Under the pieces are notes generated by a model, which worked only from the letters and a program-made list of their open reading frames with translations, made no database searches and was not told the origin of the DNA. This document shows positions 11,687 to 26,294 of a DNA stretch of 64,000 nt, one piece after another. Every line of letters begins with the position of its first letter. Positions within the stretch are counted from its first letter, which is position 1. Source of the stretch: Auanema rhodensis. Its lineage: Eukaryota > Animalia > Nematoda. The stretch is taken from contig OZ059897.1 of NCBI GenBank assembly GCA_964057225.1, forward strand, positions 10,602,001 through 10,666,000, written 5' to 3'. The position numbers and the translations under genes were made by a program.

Positions 11687-12278
11687 TTTTTTGTTTTGAA
11701 ATTAAAATGCTATAAAATTATTGCTTGCTTGTCTTGTTAGATTTCTTTAATTTGAATACTTATTCAAGTTATAACAATTTTCGATTTAATCACGTTCAAT
11801 CAACTGTATTGTTTTCAAAAATAAAGACAAAATTCAAGTTCTGTTCATTGAATTAGAATTTTCATGTTGTCACACAGAAATTGAAGAATCTTAGTTTAAT
11901 TCAGTAACAATGAACACACTAACTTTGTTAAGTTGTTGTAATATCGGCCCAAGTAATATAGAGGTTAGTACTCCACGTTGTGGCCGTGGCGACACAGATT
12001 CGATTCCTGTCTTGGACATTTTTTGTTTTGAAATTAAAATGCTATAAACATATTGCTTGCTTGTCATGTTAGATTTCTTTAATTCAAATACATATTTAAG
12101 TTCTAACAATTTTTGATTTAATCACGTTCAATTGACTGTATTGTTTTCAAAAATAAAGACAAAATTCAATTTCTGTTCATTGAATTAGAATTTTCATGTT
12201 GTCACACAGAAATTGAAGAATCTTAGTTCATTTCAGTAACAATGAACACAATAACTTTGTTTAGTTGTTGTAATATCG

Positions 12279-12350
12279 GCCCAAGTAGTATAGTGGTTAG
12301 TACTCCACGTTGTGGCCGTGGCGACACAGGTTCGATTCCTGTCTTGGGCA
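12279..12350 (+). tRNA. tRNA-His(GUG), canonical allele
   Basis: Gene body identical to 991-1062. Confidence 0.93.
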
Positions 12351-13938
12351 TTTTTTGTTTTGAAATTTAAATGCTATAAAATTATTGCTTGCTTGTCATG
12401 TTAGATTTCTTTAATTTGAATACTTATTCAAGTTATAACAATTTTCGATTTAATCACGTTCAATCAACTGTATTGTTTTCAAAAATAAAGACAAAATTCA
12501 ATTTCTGTTCATTGAATTAGAATTTTCATGTTGTCACACAGAAATTGAAGAATCTTAGTTCAATTCAGTAACAATAAACACACTAACTTTGTTAAGTTGT
12601 TGTAATATCGGCCCAAGTAATATAGTGGTTAGTACTCCACGTTGTGGCCGTGGCGACACAGATTCGATTCCTGTCTTGGACATTTTTTGTTTTGAAATTA
12701 AAATGCTACAAAATTATTGCTTGCTTGTCATGTAAGATTTCTTTAATATGAATACTTATTTAAGTTATAACAATTTTCGATTTAATCACGTTCAATCAAC
12801 TGTATTGTTTTCAAAAATAAAGACAAAATTCAATTTCTGTTCATTGAATTAGAATTTTCATGTTGTCACACAGAAATTGAAGAATCTTAGTTCAATTCAG
12901 TAACAATGAACACACTAACTTTGTTAAGTTGTTTTAATATCGGCTCAAGTAATATAGTGGTTAGTACTCCACGTTGTGGCCGCGGTGACACAGATTCGAT
13001 TCCTGTTTTGGGCATTTTTTGTTTTGAAATTTAAATGCTATAAAATTATTGCTTGCTTGTCATGTTGGATTTCTTTAATTTGAATACTTATTCAAGTTAT
13101 AACAATTTTCGATTTAATCACGTTCAATCAACTGTATTGTTTTCAAAAATAAAGACAAAATTCAATTTCTGTTCATTGAATTAGAATTTTCATGTTGTCA
13201 CACAGAAATTGAAGAATCTTAGTTCAATTCAGTAACAATGAACACACTAACTTTGTTAAGTTGTTGTAATATCGGCCCAAGTAATATAGTGGTTAGTACT
13301 CTACGTTGTGGCCGTGGCGACACAGATTCGATTCCTGTCTTGGACATTTTTTGTTTTGAAATTAAAATGCTACAAAATTATTGCTTGCTTGTCATGTTTG
13401 ATTTCTTTATTTTGAATACTTATTTAAGTTATAATAATTTTCGATTTAATCACGTTCAATCAACTGTATTGTTTTCAAAAATGAAGACAAAATTCATTTT
13501 CTGTTCATTGAATTAGAATTTTCATGTTGTCACACAGAAATTGAAGAATCTTAGTTTAATTCAGTAACAATGAACACACTAACTTTGTTAAGTTGTTGTA
13601 ATATCGGCCCAAGTAATATAGTGGTTAGTACTCCACGTTGTGGCCGTGGCGACACAGATTCGATTCCTGTCTTGGATATTTTTTGTTTTGAAATTTAAAT
13701 GCTATAAAATTATTGCTTGCTTGTCATGTTAGATTTCTTTAATTTGAATACTTATTTAAGTTATAACAATTTTCGATTTAATCACGTTCAATCAACTGTA
13801 TTGTTTTCAAAAATGAAGACAAAATTCAATTTCTGTTCATTGAATTAGAATTATCATGTTGTCACACAGAAATTGAAGAATCTTAGTTCATTTCAGTAAC
13901 AATGAACACAATAACTTTGTTTAGTTGTTGTAATATCG

Positions 13939-14010
13939 GCCCAAGTAGTATAGTGGTTAGTACTCCACGTTGTGGCCGTGGCGACACAGGTTCGATTCCT
14001 GTCTTGGGCA
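13939..14010 (+). tRNA. tRNA-His(GUG), canonical allele
   Basis: Gene body identical to 991-1062. Confidence 0.93.
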
Positions 14011-14270
14011 TTTTTTGTTTTGAAATTTAAATGCTATAAAATTATTGCTTGCTTGTCATGTTAGATTTCTTTAATTTGAATACTTATTCAAGTTATAACA
14101 ATTTACGATTTAATCACGTTCAATTAACTGTATTGTTTTCAAAAATAAAGACAAAATTCAATTTCTGTTCATTGAATTAGAATTATCATGTTGTCACACA
14201 GAAATTGAAGAATCTTAGTTCATTTCAGTAACAATGAACACACTAACTTTGTTAAGTTGTTGTAATATCG

Positions 14271-14342
14271 GCCCAAGTAATATAGTGGTTAGTACTCCAC
14301 GTTGTGGCCGTGGCGACACAGATTCGATTCCTGTTTTGGGCA
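14271..14342 (+). pseudogene. tRNA-His(GUG) degenerate allele G10A+G53A+C66T (class representative; also 17923, 19915, 21907, 50458 ... 63749)
   Basis: CCTGTTTTGGGC creates an internal T4 at 14334-14337. Confidence 0.72.
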
Positions 14343-15930
14343 TTTTTTGTTTTGAAATTTAAATGCTATAAAATTATTGCTTGCTTGTCATGTTAGATTT
14401 CTTTAATTTGAATACTTATTCAAGTAATAACAATTTTCGATTTAATCACGTTCAATCAACTGTATTGTTTTCAAAAATAAAGACAAAATTCAATTTCTGT
14501 TCATTGAATTAGAATTTTCATGTTGTCACACAGAAATTGAAGAATCTTAGTTCAATTCAGTAACAATGAACACACTAACTTTGTTAAGTTGTTGTAATAT
14601 CGGCCCAAGTAATATAGTGGTTAGTACTCCACGTTGTGGCCGTGGCGACACAGATTCGATTCCTGTCTTGGACATTTTTTGTTTTGAAATTAAAATGCTA
14701 CAAAATTATTGCTTGCTTGTCATGTAAGATTTCTTTAATATGAATACTTATTTAAGTTATAACAATTTTCGATTTAATCACGTTCAATCAACTGTATTGT
14801 TTTCAAAAATAAAGACAAAATTCAATTTCTGTTCATTGAATTAGAATTTTCATGTTGTCACACAGAAATTGAAGAATCTTAGTTCAATTCAGTAACAATG
14901 AACACACTAACTTTGTTAAGTTGTTTTAATATCGGCTCAAGTAATATAGTGGTTAGTACTCCACGTTGTGGCCGTGGTGACACAGATTCGATTCCTGTTT
15001 TGGGCATTTTTTGTTTTGAAATTTAAATGCTATAAAATTATTGCTTGCTTGTCATGTTAGATTTCTTTAATTTGAATACTTATTCAAGTTATAACAATTT
15101 TCGATTTAATCACGTTCAATCAACTGTATTGTTTTCAAAAATAAAGACAAAATTCAATTTCTGTTCATTGAATTAGAATTTTCATGTTGTCACACAGAAA
15201 TTGAAGAATCTTAGTTCAATTCAGTAACAATGAACACACTAACTTTGTTAAGTTGTTGTAATATCGGCCCAAGTAATATAGTGGTTAGTACTCTACGTTG
15301 TGGCCGTGGCGACACAGATTCGATTCCTGTCTTGGACATTTTTTGTTTTGAAATTAAAATGCTACAAAATTATTGCTTGCTTGTCATGTTAGATTTCTTT
15401 AATTTGAATACTTATTTAAGTTATAACAATTTTCGATTTAATCACGTTCAATCAACTGTATTGTTTTCAAAAATGAAGACAAAATTCAATTTCTGTTCAT
15501 TGAATTAGAATTATCATGTTGTCACACAGAAATTGAAGAATCTTAGTTCATTTCAGTAACAATGAACACAATAAGTTTGTTTAGTTGTTGTAATATCGGC
15601 CCAAGTAGTATAGTGGTTAGTACTCCACGTTGTGGCCGTGGCGACACAGATTCGATTCCTGTCTTGGGCATTTTTTGTTTTGAAATTAAAATGCTACAAA
15701 ATTATTGCTTGCTTGTCATGTTAGATTTCTTTAATTTGAATACTTATTTAAGTTATAACAATTTTCGATTTAATCACGTTCAATCAACTGTATTGTTTTC
15801 AAAAATAAAGACAAAATTCAATTTCTGTTCATTGAATTAGAATTTTCATGTTGTCACACAGAAATTGAAGAATCTTAGTTCATTTCAGTAACAATGAACA
15901 CACTAACTTTGTTAAGTTGTTGTAATATTG

Positions 15931-16002
15931 GCCCAAGTAGTATAGTGGTTAGTACTCCACGTTGTGGCCGTGGCGACACAGGTTCGATTCCTGTCTTGGG
16001 CA
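15931..16002 (+). tRNA. tRNA-His(GUG), canonical allele
   Basis: Gene body identical to 991-1062. Confidence 0.93.
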
Positions 16003-17590
16003 TTTTTTGTTTTGAAATTAAAATGCTATAAAATTATTGCTTGCTTGTCTTGTTAGATTTCTTTAATTTGAATACTTATTCAAGTTATAACAATTTTCGA
16101 TTTAATCACGTTCAATCAACTGTATTGTTTTCAAAAATAAAGACAAAATTCAAGTTCTGTTCATTGAATTAGAATTTTCATGTTGTCACACAGAAATTGA
16201 AGAATCTTAGTTTAATTCAGTAACAATGAACACACTAACTTTGTTAAGTTGTTGTAATATCGGCCCAAGTAATATAGTGGTTAGTACTCCACGTTGTGGC
16301 CGTGGCGACACAGATTCGATTCCTGTCTTGGACATTTTTTGTTTTGAAATTAAAATGCTATAAACATATTGCTTGCTTGTCATGTTAGATTTCTTTAATT
16401 CAAATACATATTTAAGTTCTAACAATTTTTGATTTAATCACGTTCAATTGACTGTATTGTTTTCAAAAATAAAGACAAAATTCAAGTTCTGTTCATTGAA
16501 TTAGAATTTTCATGTTGTCACACAGAAATTGAAGAATCTTAGTTTAATTCAGTAACAATGAACACACTAACTTTGTTAAGTTGTTTTAATATCGGCTCAA
16601 GTAATATAGTGGTTAGTACTCCACGTTGTGGCCGCGGTGACACAGATTCGATTCCTGTTTTGGGCATTTTTTGTTTTGAAATTTAAATGCTATAAAATTA
16701 TTGCTTGCTTGTCATGTTGGATTTCTTTAATTTGAATACTTATTCAAGTTATAACAATTTTCGATTTAATCACGTTCAATCAACTGTATTGTTTTCAAAA
16801 ATAAAGACAAAATTCAATTTCTGTTCATTGAATTAGAATTTTCATGTTGTCACACAGAAATTGAAGAATCTTAGTTCAATTCAGTAACAATGAACACACT
16901 AACTTTGTTAAGTTGTTGTAATATCGGCCCAAGTAATATAGTGGTTAGTACTCTACGTTGTGGCCGTGGCGACACAGATTCGATTCCTGTCTTGGACATT
17001 TTTTGTTTTGAAATTAAAATGCTACAAAATTATTGCTTGCTTGTCATGTTTGATTTCTTTATTTTGAATACTTATTTAAGTTATAATAATTTTCGATTTA
17101 ATCACGTTCAATCAACTGTATTGTTTTCAAAAATGAAGACAAAATTCATTTTCTGTTCATTGAATTAGAATTTTCATGTTGTCACACAGAAATTGAAGAA
17201 TCTTAGTTTAATTCAGTAACAATGAACACACTAACTTTGTTAAGTTGTTGTAATATCGGCCCAAGTAATATAGTGGTTAGTACTCCACGTTGTGGCCGTG
17301 GCGACACAGATTCGATTCCTGTCTTGGATATTTTTTGTTTTGAAATTTAAATGCTATAAAATTATTGCTTGCTTGTCATGTTAGATTTCTTTAATTTGAA
17401 TACTTATTTAAGTTATAACAATTTTCGATTTAATCACGTTCAATCAACTGTATTGTTTTCAAAAATGAAGACAAAATTCAATTTCTGTTCATTGAATTAG
17501 AATTATCATGTTGTCACACAGAAATTGAAGAATCTTAGTTCATTTCAGTAACAATGAACACAATAACTTTGTTTAGTTGTTGTAATATCG

Positions 17591-17662
17591 GCCCAAGTAG
17601 TATAGTGGTTAGTACTCCACGTTGTGGCCGTGGCGACACAGGTTCGATTCCTGTCTTGGGCA
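17591..17662 (+). tRNA. tRNA-His(GUG), canonical allele
   Basis: Gene body identical to 991-1062. Confidence 0.93.
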
Positions 17663-19582
17663 TTTTTTGTTTTGAAATTTAAATGCTATAAAATTATTGC
17701 TTGCTTGTCATGTTAGATTTCTTTAATTTGAATACTTATTCAAGTTATAACAATTTACGATTTAATCACGTTCAATTAACTGTATTGTTTTCAAAAATAA
17801 AGACAAAATTCAATTTCTGTTCATTGAATTAGAATTATCATGTTGTCACACAGAAATTGAAGAATCTTAGTTCATTTCAGTAACAATGAACACACTAACT
17901 TTGTTAAGTTGTTGTAATATCGGCCCAAGTAATATAGTGGTTAGTACTCCACGTTGTGGCCGTGGCGACACAGATTCGATTCCTGTTTTGGGCATTTTTT
18001 GTTTTGAAATTTAAATGCTATAAAATTATTGCTTGCTTGTCATGTTAGATTTCTTTAATTTGAATACTTATTCAAGTTATAACAATTTTCGATTTAATCA
18101 CGTTGAATCAACTGTATTGTTTTCAAAAATAAAGACAAAATTCAATTTCTGTTCATTGAATTAGAATTTTCATGTTGTCACACAGAAATTGAAGAATCTT
18201 AGTTCAATTCAGTAACAATAAACACACTAACTTTGTTAAGTTGTTGTAATATCGGCCCAAGTAATATAGTGGTTAGTACTCCACGTTGTGGCCGTGGCGA
18301 CACAGATTCGATTCCTGTCTTGGACATTTTTTGTTTTGAAATTAAAATGCTACAAAATTATTGCTTGCTTGTCATGTAAGATTTCTTTAATATGAATACT
18401 TATTTAAGTTATAACAATTTTCGATTTAATCACGTTCAATCAACTGTATTGTTTTCAAAAATAAAGACAAAATTCAATTTCTGTTCATTGAATTAGAATT
18501 TTCATGTTGTCACACAGAAATTGAAGAATCTTAGTTCAATTCAGTAACAATGAACACACTAACTTTGTTAAGTTGTTTTAATATCGGCTCAAGTAATATA
18601 GTGGTTAGTACTCCACGTTGTGGCCGCGGTGACACAGATTCGATTCCTGTTTTGGGCATTTTTTGTTTTGAAATTTAAATGCTATAAAATTATTGCTTGC
18701 TTGTCATGTTGGATTTCTTTAATTTGAATACTTATTCAAGTTATAACAATTTTCGATTTAATCACGTTCAATCAACTGTATTGTTTTCAAAAATAAAGAC
18801 AAAATTCAATTTCTGTTCATTGAATTAGAATTTTCATGTTGTCACACAGAAATTGAAGAATCTTAGTTCAATTCAGTAACAATGAACACACTAACTTTGT
18901 TAAGTTGTTGTAATATCGGCCCAAGTAATATAGTGGTTAGTACTCTACGTTGTGGCCGTGGCGACACAGATTCGATTCCTGTCTTGGACATTTTTTGTTT
19001 TGAAATTAAAATGCTACAAAATTATTGCTTGCTTGTCATGTTTGATTTCTTTATTTTGAATACTTATTTAAGTTATAATAATTTTCGATTTAATCACGTT
19101 CAATCAACTGTATTGTTTTCAAAAATGAAGACAAAATTCATTTTCTGTTCATTGAATTAGAATTTTCATGTTGTCACACAGAAATTGAAGAATCTTAGTT
19201 TAATTCAGTAACAATGAACACACTAACTTTGTTAAGTTGTTGTAATATCGGCCCAAGTAATATAGTGGTTAGTACTCCACGTTGTGGCCGTGGCGACACA
19301 GATTCGATTCCTGTCTTGGATATTTTTTGTTTTGAAATTTAAATGCTATAAAATTATTGCTTGCTTGTCATGTTAGATTTCTTTAATTTGAATACTTATT
19401 TAAGTTATAACAATTTTCGATTTAATCACGTTCAATCAACTGTATTGTTTTCAAAAATGAAGACAAAATTCAATTTCTGTTCATTGAATTAGAATTATCA
19501 TGTTGTCACACAGAAATTGAAGAATCTTAGTTCATTTCAGTAACAATGAACACAATAACTTTGTTTAGTTGTTGTAATATCG

Positions 19583-19654
19583 GCCCAAGTAGTATAGTGG
19601 TTAGTACTCCACGTTGTGGCCGTGGCGACACAGGTTCGATTCCTGTCTTGGGCA
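19583..19654 (+). tRNA. tRNA-His(GUG), canonical allele
   Basis: Gene body identical to 991-1062. Confidence 0.93.
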
Positions 19655-21574
19655 TTTTTTGTTTTGAAATTTAAATGCTATAAAATTATTGCTTGCTTGT
19701 CATGTTAGATTTCTTTAATTTGAATACTTATTCAAGTTATAACAATTTACGATTTAATCACGTTCAATTAACTGTATTGTTTTCAAAAATAAAGACAAAA
19801 TTCAATTTCTGTTCATTGAATTAGAATTATCATGTTGTCACACAGAAATTGAAGAATCTTAGTTCATTTCAGTAACAATGAACACACTAACTTTGTTAAG
19901 TTGTTGTAATATCGGCCCAAGTAATATAGTGGTTAGTACTCCACGTTGTGGCCGTGGCGACACAGATTCGATTCCTGTTTTGGGCATTTTTTGTTTTGAA
20001 ATTTAAATGCTATAAAATTATTGCTTGCTTGTCATGTTAGATTTCTTTAATTTGAATACTTATTCAAGTTATAACAATTTTCGATTTAATCACGTTGAAT
20101 CAACTGTATTGTTTTCAAAAATAAAGACAAAATTCAATTTCTGTTCATTGAATTAGAATTTTCATGTTGTCACACAGAAATTGAAGAATCTTAGTTCAAT
20201 TCAGTAACAATAAACACACTAACTTTGTTAAGTTGTTGTAATATCGGCCCAAGTAATATAGTGGTTAGTACTCCACGTTGTGGCCGTGGCGACACAGATT
20301 CGATTCCTGTCTTGGACATTTTTTGTTTTGAAATTAAAATGCTACAAAATTATTGCTTGCTTGTCATGTAAGATTTCTTTAATATGAATACTTATTTAAG
20401 TTATAACAATTTTCGATTTAATCACGTTCAATCAACTGTATTGTTTTCAAAAATAAAGACAAAATTCAATTTCTGTTCATTGAATTAGAATTTTCATGTT
20501 GTCACACAGAAATTGAAGAATCTTAGTTCAATTCAGTAACAATGAACACACTAACTTTGTTAAGTTGTTTTAATATCGGCTCAAGTAATATAGTGGTTAG
20601 TACTCCACGTTGTGGCCGCGGTGACACAGATTCGATTCCTGTTTTGGGCATTTTTTGTTTTGAAATTTAAATGCTATAAAATTATTGCTTGCTTGTCATG
20701 TTGGATTTCTTTAATTTGAATACTTATTCAAGTTATAACAATTTTCGATTTAATCACGTTCAATCAACTGTATTGTTTTCAAAAATAAAGACAAAATTCA
20801 ATTTCTGTTCATTGAATTAGAATTTTCATGTTGTCACACAGAAATTGAAGAATCTTAGTTCAATTCAGTAACAATGAACACACTAACTTTGTTAAGTTGT
20901 TGTAATATCGGCCCAAGTAATATAGTGGTTAGTACTCTACGTTGTGGCCGTGGCGACACAGATTCGATTCCTGTCTTGGACATTTTTTGTTTTGAAATTA
21001 AAATGCTACAAAATTATTGCTTGCTTGTCATGTTTGATTTCTTTATTTTGAATACTTATTTAAGTTATAATAATTTTCGATTTAATCACGTTCAATCAAC
21101 TGTATTGTTTTCAAAAATGAAGACAAAATTCATTTTCTGTTCATTGAATTAGAATTTTCATGTTGTCACACAGAAATTGAAGAATCTTAGTTTAATTCAG
21201 TAACAATGAACACACTAACTTTGTTAAGTTGTTGTAATATCGGCCCAAGTAATATAGTGGTTAGTACTCCACGTTGTGGCCGTGGCGACACAGATTCGAT
21301 TCCTGTCTTGGATATTTTTTGTTTTGAAATTTAAATGCTATAAAATTATTGCTTGCTTGTCATGTTAGATTTCTTTAATTTGAATACTTATTTAAGTTAT
21401 AACAATTTTCGATTTAATCACGTTCAATCAACTGTATTGTTTTCAAAAATGAAGACAAAATTCAATTTCTGTTCATTGAATTAGAATTATCATGTTGTCA
21501 CACAGAAATTGAAGAATCTTAGTTCATTTCAGTAACAATGAACACAATAACTTTGTTTAGTTGTTGTAATATCG

Positions 21575-21646
21575 GCCCAAGTAGTATAGTGGTTAGTACT
21601 CCACGTTGTGGCCGTGGCGACACAGGTTCGATTCCTGTCTTGGGCA
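21575..21646 (+). tRNA. tRNA-His(GUG), canonical allele
   Basis: Gene body identical to 991-1062. Confidence 0.93.
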
Positions 21647-23566
21647 TTTTTTGTTTTGAAATTTAAATGCTATAAAATTATTGCTTGCTTGTCATGTTAG
21701 ATTTCTTTAATTTGAATACTTATTCAAGTTATAACAATTTACGATTTAATCACGTTCAATTAACTGTATTGTTTTCAAAAATAAAGACAAAATTCAATTT
21801 CTGTTCATTGAATTAGAATTATCATGTTGTCACACAGAAATTGAAGAATCTTAGTTCATTTCAGTAACAATGAACACACTAACTTTGTTAAGTTGTTGTA
21901 ATATCGGCCCAAGTAATATAGTGGTTAGTACTCCACGTTGTGGCCGTGGCGACACAGATTCGATTCCTGTTTTGGGCATTTTTTGTTTTGAAATTTAAAT
22001 GCTATAAAATTATTGCTTGCTTGTCATGTTAGATTTCTTTAATTTGAATACTTATTCAAGTTATAACAATTTTCGATTTAATCACGTTGAATCAACTGTA
22101 TTGTTTTCAAAAATAAAGACAAAATTCAATTTCTGTTCATTGAATTAGAATTTTCATGTTGTCACACAGAAATTGAAGAATCTTAGTTCAATTCAGTAAC
22201 AATAAACACACTAACTTTGTTAAGTTGTTGTAATATCGGCCCAAGTAATATAGTGGTTAGTACTCCACGTTGTGGCCGTGGCGACACAGATTCGATTCCT
22301 GTCTTGGACATTTTTTGTTTTGAAATTAAAATGCTACAAAATTATTGCTTGCTTGTCATGTAAGATTTCTTTAATATGAATACTTATTTAAGTTATAACA
22401 ATTTTCGATTTAATCACGTTCAATCAACTGTATTGTTTTCAAAAATAAAGACAAAATTCAATTTCTGTTCATTGAATTAGAATTTTCATGTTGTCACACA
22501 GAAATTGAAGAATCTTAGTTCAATTCAGTAACAATAAACACACTAACTTTGTTAAGTTGTTGTAATATCGGCCCAAGTAATATAGTGGTTAGTACTCCAC
22601 GTTGTGGCCGTGGCGACACAGATTCGATTCCTGTCTTGGACATTTTTTGTTTTGAAATTAAAATGCTACAAAATTATTGCTTGCTTGTCATGTTAGATTT
22701 CTTTAATTTGAATACTTATTTAAGTTATAACAATTTTCGATTTAATCACGTTCAATCAACTGTATTGTTTTCAAAAATGAAGACAAAATTCAATTTCTGT
22801 TCATTGAATTAGAATTTTCATGTTGTCACACAGAAATTGAAGAATCTTAGTTTAATTCAGTAACAATGAACACACTAACTTTGTTAAGTTGTTGTTATAT
22901 CGGCCCAAGTAATATAGTGGTTAGTACTCCACGTTGTGGCCGTGGCGACACAGATTCGATTCCTGTCTTGGATATTTTTTGTTTTGAAATTTAAATGCTA
23001 TAAAATTATTGCTTGTTTGTCATGTTAGATTTCTTTAATTTGAATACTTATTTAAGTTATAACAATTTACGATTTAATCACGTTCAATTAACTGTATTGT
23101 TTTCAAAAATAAAGACAAAATTCAATTTCTGTTCATTGAATTAGAATTATCATGTTGTCACACAGAAATTGAAGAATCTTAGTTCATTTCAGTAACAATG
23201 AACACACTAACTTTGTTAAGTTGTTGTAATATCGGCCCAAGTAATATAGTGGTTAGTACTCCACGTTGTGGCCGTGGCGACACAGATTCGATTCCTGTCT
23301 TGGGCATTTTTTGTTTTGAAATTAAAATGCTACAAAATTATTGCTTGCTTGTCATGTTAGATTTCTTTAATTTGAATACTTATTTAAGTTATAACAATTT
23401 TCGATTTAATCACGTTCAATCAACTGTATTGTTTTCAAAAATAAAGACAAAATTCAATTTCTGTTCATTGAATTAGAATTTTCATGTTGTCACACAGAAA
23501 TTGAAGAATCTTAGTTCAATTCAGTAACAATGAACACACTAACTTTGTTAAGTTGTTGTAATATTG

Positions 23567-23638
23567 GCCCAAGTAGTATAGTGGTTAGTACTCCACGTTG
23601 TGGCCGTGGCGACACAGGTTCGATTCCTGTCTTGGGCA
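23567..23638 (+). tRNA. tRNA-His(GUG), canonical allele
   Basis: Gene body identical to 991-1062. Confidence 0.93.
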
Positions 23639-24230
23639 TTTTTTGTTTTGAAATTAAAATGCTATAAAATTATTGCTTGCTTGTCTTGTTAGATTTCTTT
23701 AATTTGAATACTTATTCAAGTTATAACAATTTTCGATTTAATCACGTTCAATCAACTGTATTGTTTTCAAAAATAAAGACAAAATTCAATTTCTGTTCAT
23801 TGAATTAGAATTTTCATGTTGTCACACAGAAATTGAAGAATCTTAGTTCAATTCAGTAACAATGAACACACTAACTTTGTTAAGTTGTTGTAATATCGGC
23901 CCAAGTAATATAGTGGTTAGTACTCCACGTTGTGGCCGTGGCGACACAGATTCGATTCCTGTCTTGGGCATTTTTTGTTTTGAAATTAAAATGCTACAAA
24001 ATTATTGCTTGCTTGTCATGTTAGATTTCTTTAATTTGAATACTTATTTAAGTTATAACAATTTTCGATTTAATCACGTTCAATCAACTGTATTGTTTTC
24101 AAAAATAAAGACAAAATTCAATTTCTGTTCATTGAATTAGAATTTTCATGTTGTCACACAGAAATTGAAGAATCTTAGTTCATTTCAGTAACAATGAACA
24201 CACTAACTTTGTTAAGTTGTTGTAATATTG

Positions 24231-24302
24231 GCCCAAGTAGTATAGTGGTTAGTACTCCACGTTGTGGCCGTGGCGACACAGGTTCGATTCCTGTCTTGGG
24301 CA
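24231..24302 (+). tRNA. tRNA-His(GUG), canonical allele
   Basis: Gene body identical to 991-1062. Confidence 0.93.
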
Positions 24303-24894
24303 TTTTTTGTTTTGAAATTAAAATGCTATAAAATTATTGCTTGCTTGTCTTGTTAGATTTCTTTAATTTGAATACTTATTCAAGTTATAACAATTTTCGA
24401 TTTAATCACGTTCAATCAACTGTATTGTTTTCAAAAATAAAGACAAAATTCAATTTCTGTTCATTGAATTAGAATTTTCATGTTGTCACACAGAAATTGA
24501 AGAATCTTAGTTTAATTCAGTAACAATGAACACACTAACTTTGTTAAGTTGTTGTAATATCGGCCCAAGTAATATAGTGGTTAGTACTCCACGTTGTGGC
24601 CGTGGCGACACAGATTCGATTCCTGTCTTGGACATTTTTTGTTTTGAAATTAAAATGCTATAAACATATTGCTTGCTTGTCATGTTAGATTTCTTTAATT
24701 CAAATACATATTAAAGTTCTAACAATTTTTGATTTAATCACGTTCAATTGACTGTATTGTTTTCAAAAATAAAGACAAAATTCAATTTCTGTTCATTGAA
24801 TTAGAATTTTCATGTTGTCACACAGAAATTGAAGAATCTTAGTTCATTTCAGTAACAATGAACACAATAACTTTGTTTAGTTGTTGTAATATCG

Positions 24895-24966
24895 GCCCAA
24901 GTAGTATAGTGGTTAGTACTCCACGTTGTGGCCGTGGCGACACAGGTTCGATTCCTGTCTTGGGCA
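24895..24966 (+). tRNA. tRNA-His(GUG), canonical allele
   Basis: Gene body identical to 991-1062. Confidence 0.93.
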
Positions 24967-26222
24967 TTTTTTGTTTTGAAATTTAAATGCTATAAATTTA
25001 TTGCTTGCTTGTCATGTTAGATTTCTTTAATTTGAATACTTATTCAAGTTATAACAATTTTCGATTTAATCACGTTCAATCAACTGTATTGTTTTCAAAA
25101 ATAAAGACAAAATTCAATTTCTGTTCATTGAATTAGAATTTTCATGTTGTCACACAGAAATTGAAGAATCTTAGTTCAATTCAGTAACAATAAACACACT
25201 AACTTTGTTAAGTTGTTGTAATATCGGCCCAAGTAATATAGTGGTTAGTACTCCACGTTGTGGCCGTGGCGACACAGATTCGATTCCTGTCTTGGACATT
25301 TTTTGTTTTGAAATTAAAATGCTACAAAATTATTGCTTGCTTGTCATGTTAGATTTCTTTAATATGAATACTTATTTAAGTTATAACAATTTTCGATTTA
25401 ATCACGTTCAATCAACTGTATTGTTTTCAAAAATGAAGACAAAATTCAATTTCTGTTCATTGAATTAGAATTATCATGTTGTCACACAGAAATTGAAGAA
25501 TCTTAGTTTAATTCAGTAACAATGAACACACTAACTTTGTTAAGTTGTTGTTATATCGGCCCAAGTAATATAGTGGTTAGTACTCCACGTTGTGGCCGTG
25601 GCGACACAGATTCGATTCCTGTCTTGGATATTTTTTGTTTTGAAATTTAAATGCTATAAAATTATTGCTTGCTTGTCTTGTTAGATTTCTTTAATTTGAA
25701 TACTTATTTAAGTTATAACAATTTTCGATTTAATCACGTTCAATCAACTGTATTGTTTTCAAAAATAAAGACAAAATTCAATTTCTGTTCATTGAATTAG
25801 AATTTTCATGTTGTCACACAGAAATTGAAGAATCTTAGTTCAATTCAGTAACAATGAACACACTAACTTTGTTAAGTTGTTGTAATATCGGCCCAAGTAA
25901 TATAGTGGTTAGTACTCCACGTTGTGGCCGTGGCGACACAGATTCGATTCCTGTCTTGGGCATTTTTTGTTTTGAAATTAAAATGCTACAAAATTATTGC
26001 TTGCTTGTCATGTTAGATTTCTTTAATTTGAATACTTATTTAAGTTATAACAATTTTCGATTTAATCACGTTCAATCAACTGTATTGTTTTCAAAAATAA
26101 AGACAAAATTCAATTTCTGTTCATTGAATTAGAATTTTCATGTTGTCACACAGAAATTGAAGAATCTTAGTTCATTTCAGTAACAATGAACACACTAACT
26201 TTGTTAAGTTGTTGTAATATTG

Positions 26223-26294
26223 GCCCAAGTAGTATAGTGGTTAGTACTCCACGTTGTGGCCGTGGCGACACAGGTTCGATTCCTGTCTTGGGCA
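26223..26294 (+). tRNA. tRNA-His(GUG), canonical allele
   Basis: Gene body identical to 991-1062. Confidence 0.93.

Larger units (their letters stand above)
16595..22570 (+). repeat. 6-mer higher-order repeat (1992 bp) x3
   Basis: The same six variant types occur in the same order three times; identical ORFs at 16890, 18882, 20874. Confidence 0.93.
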
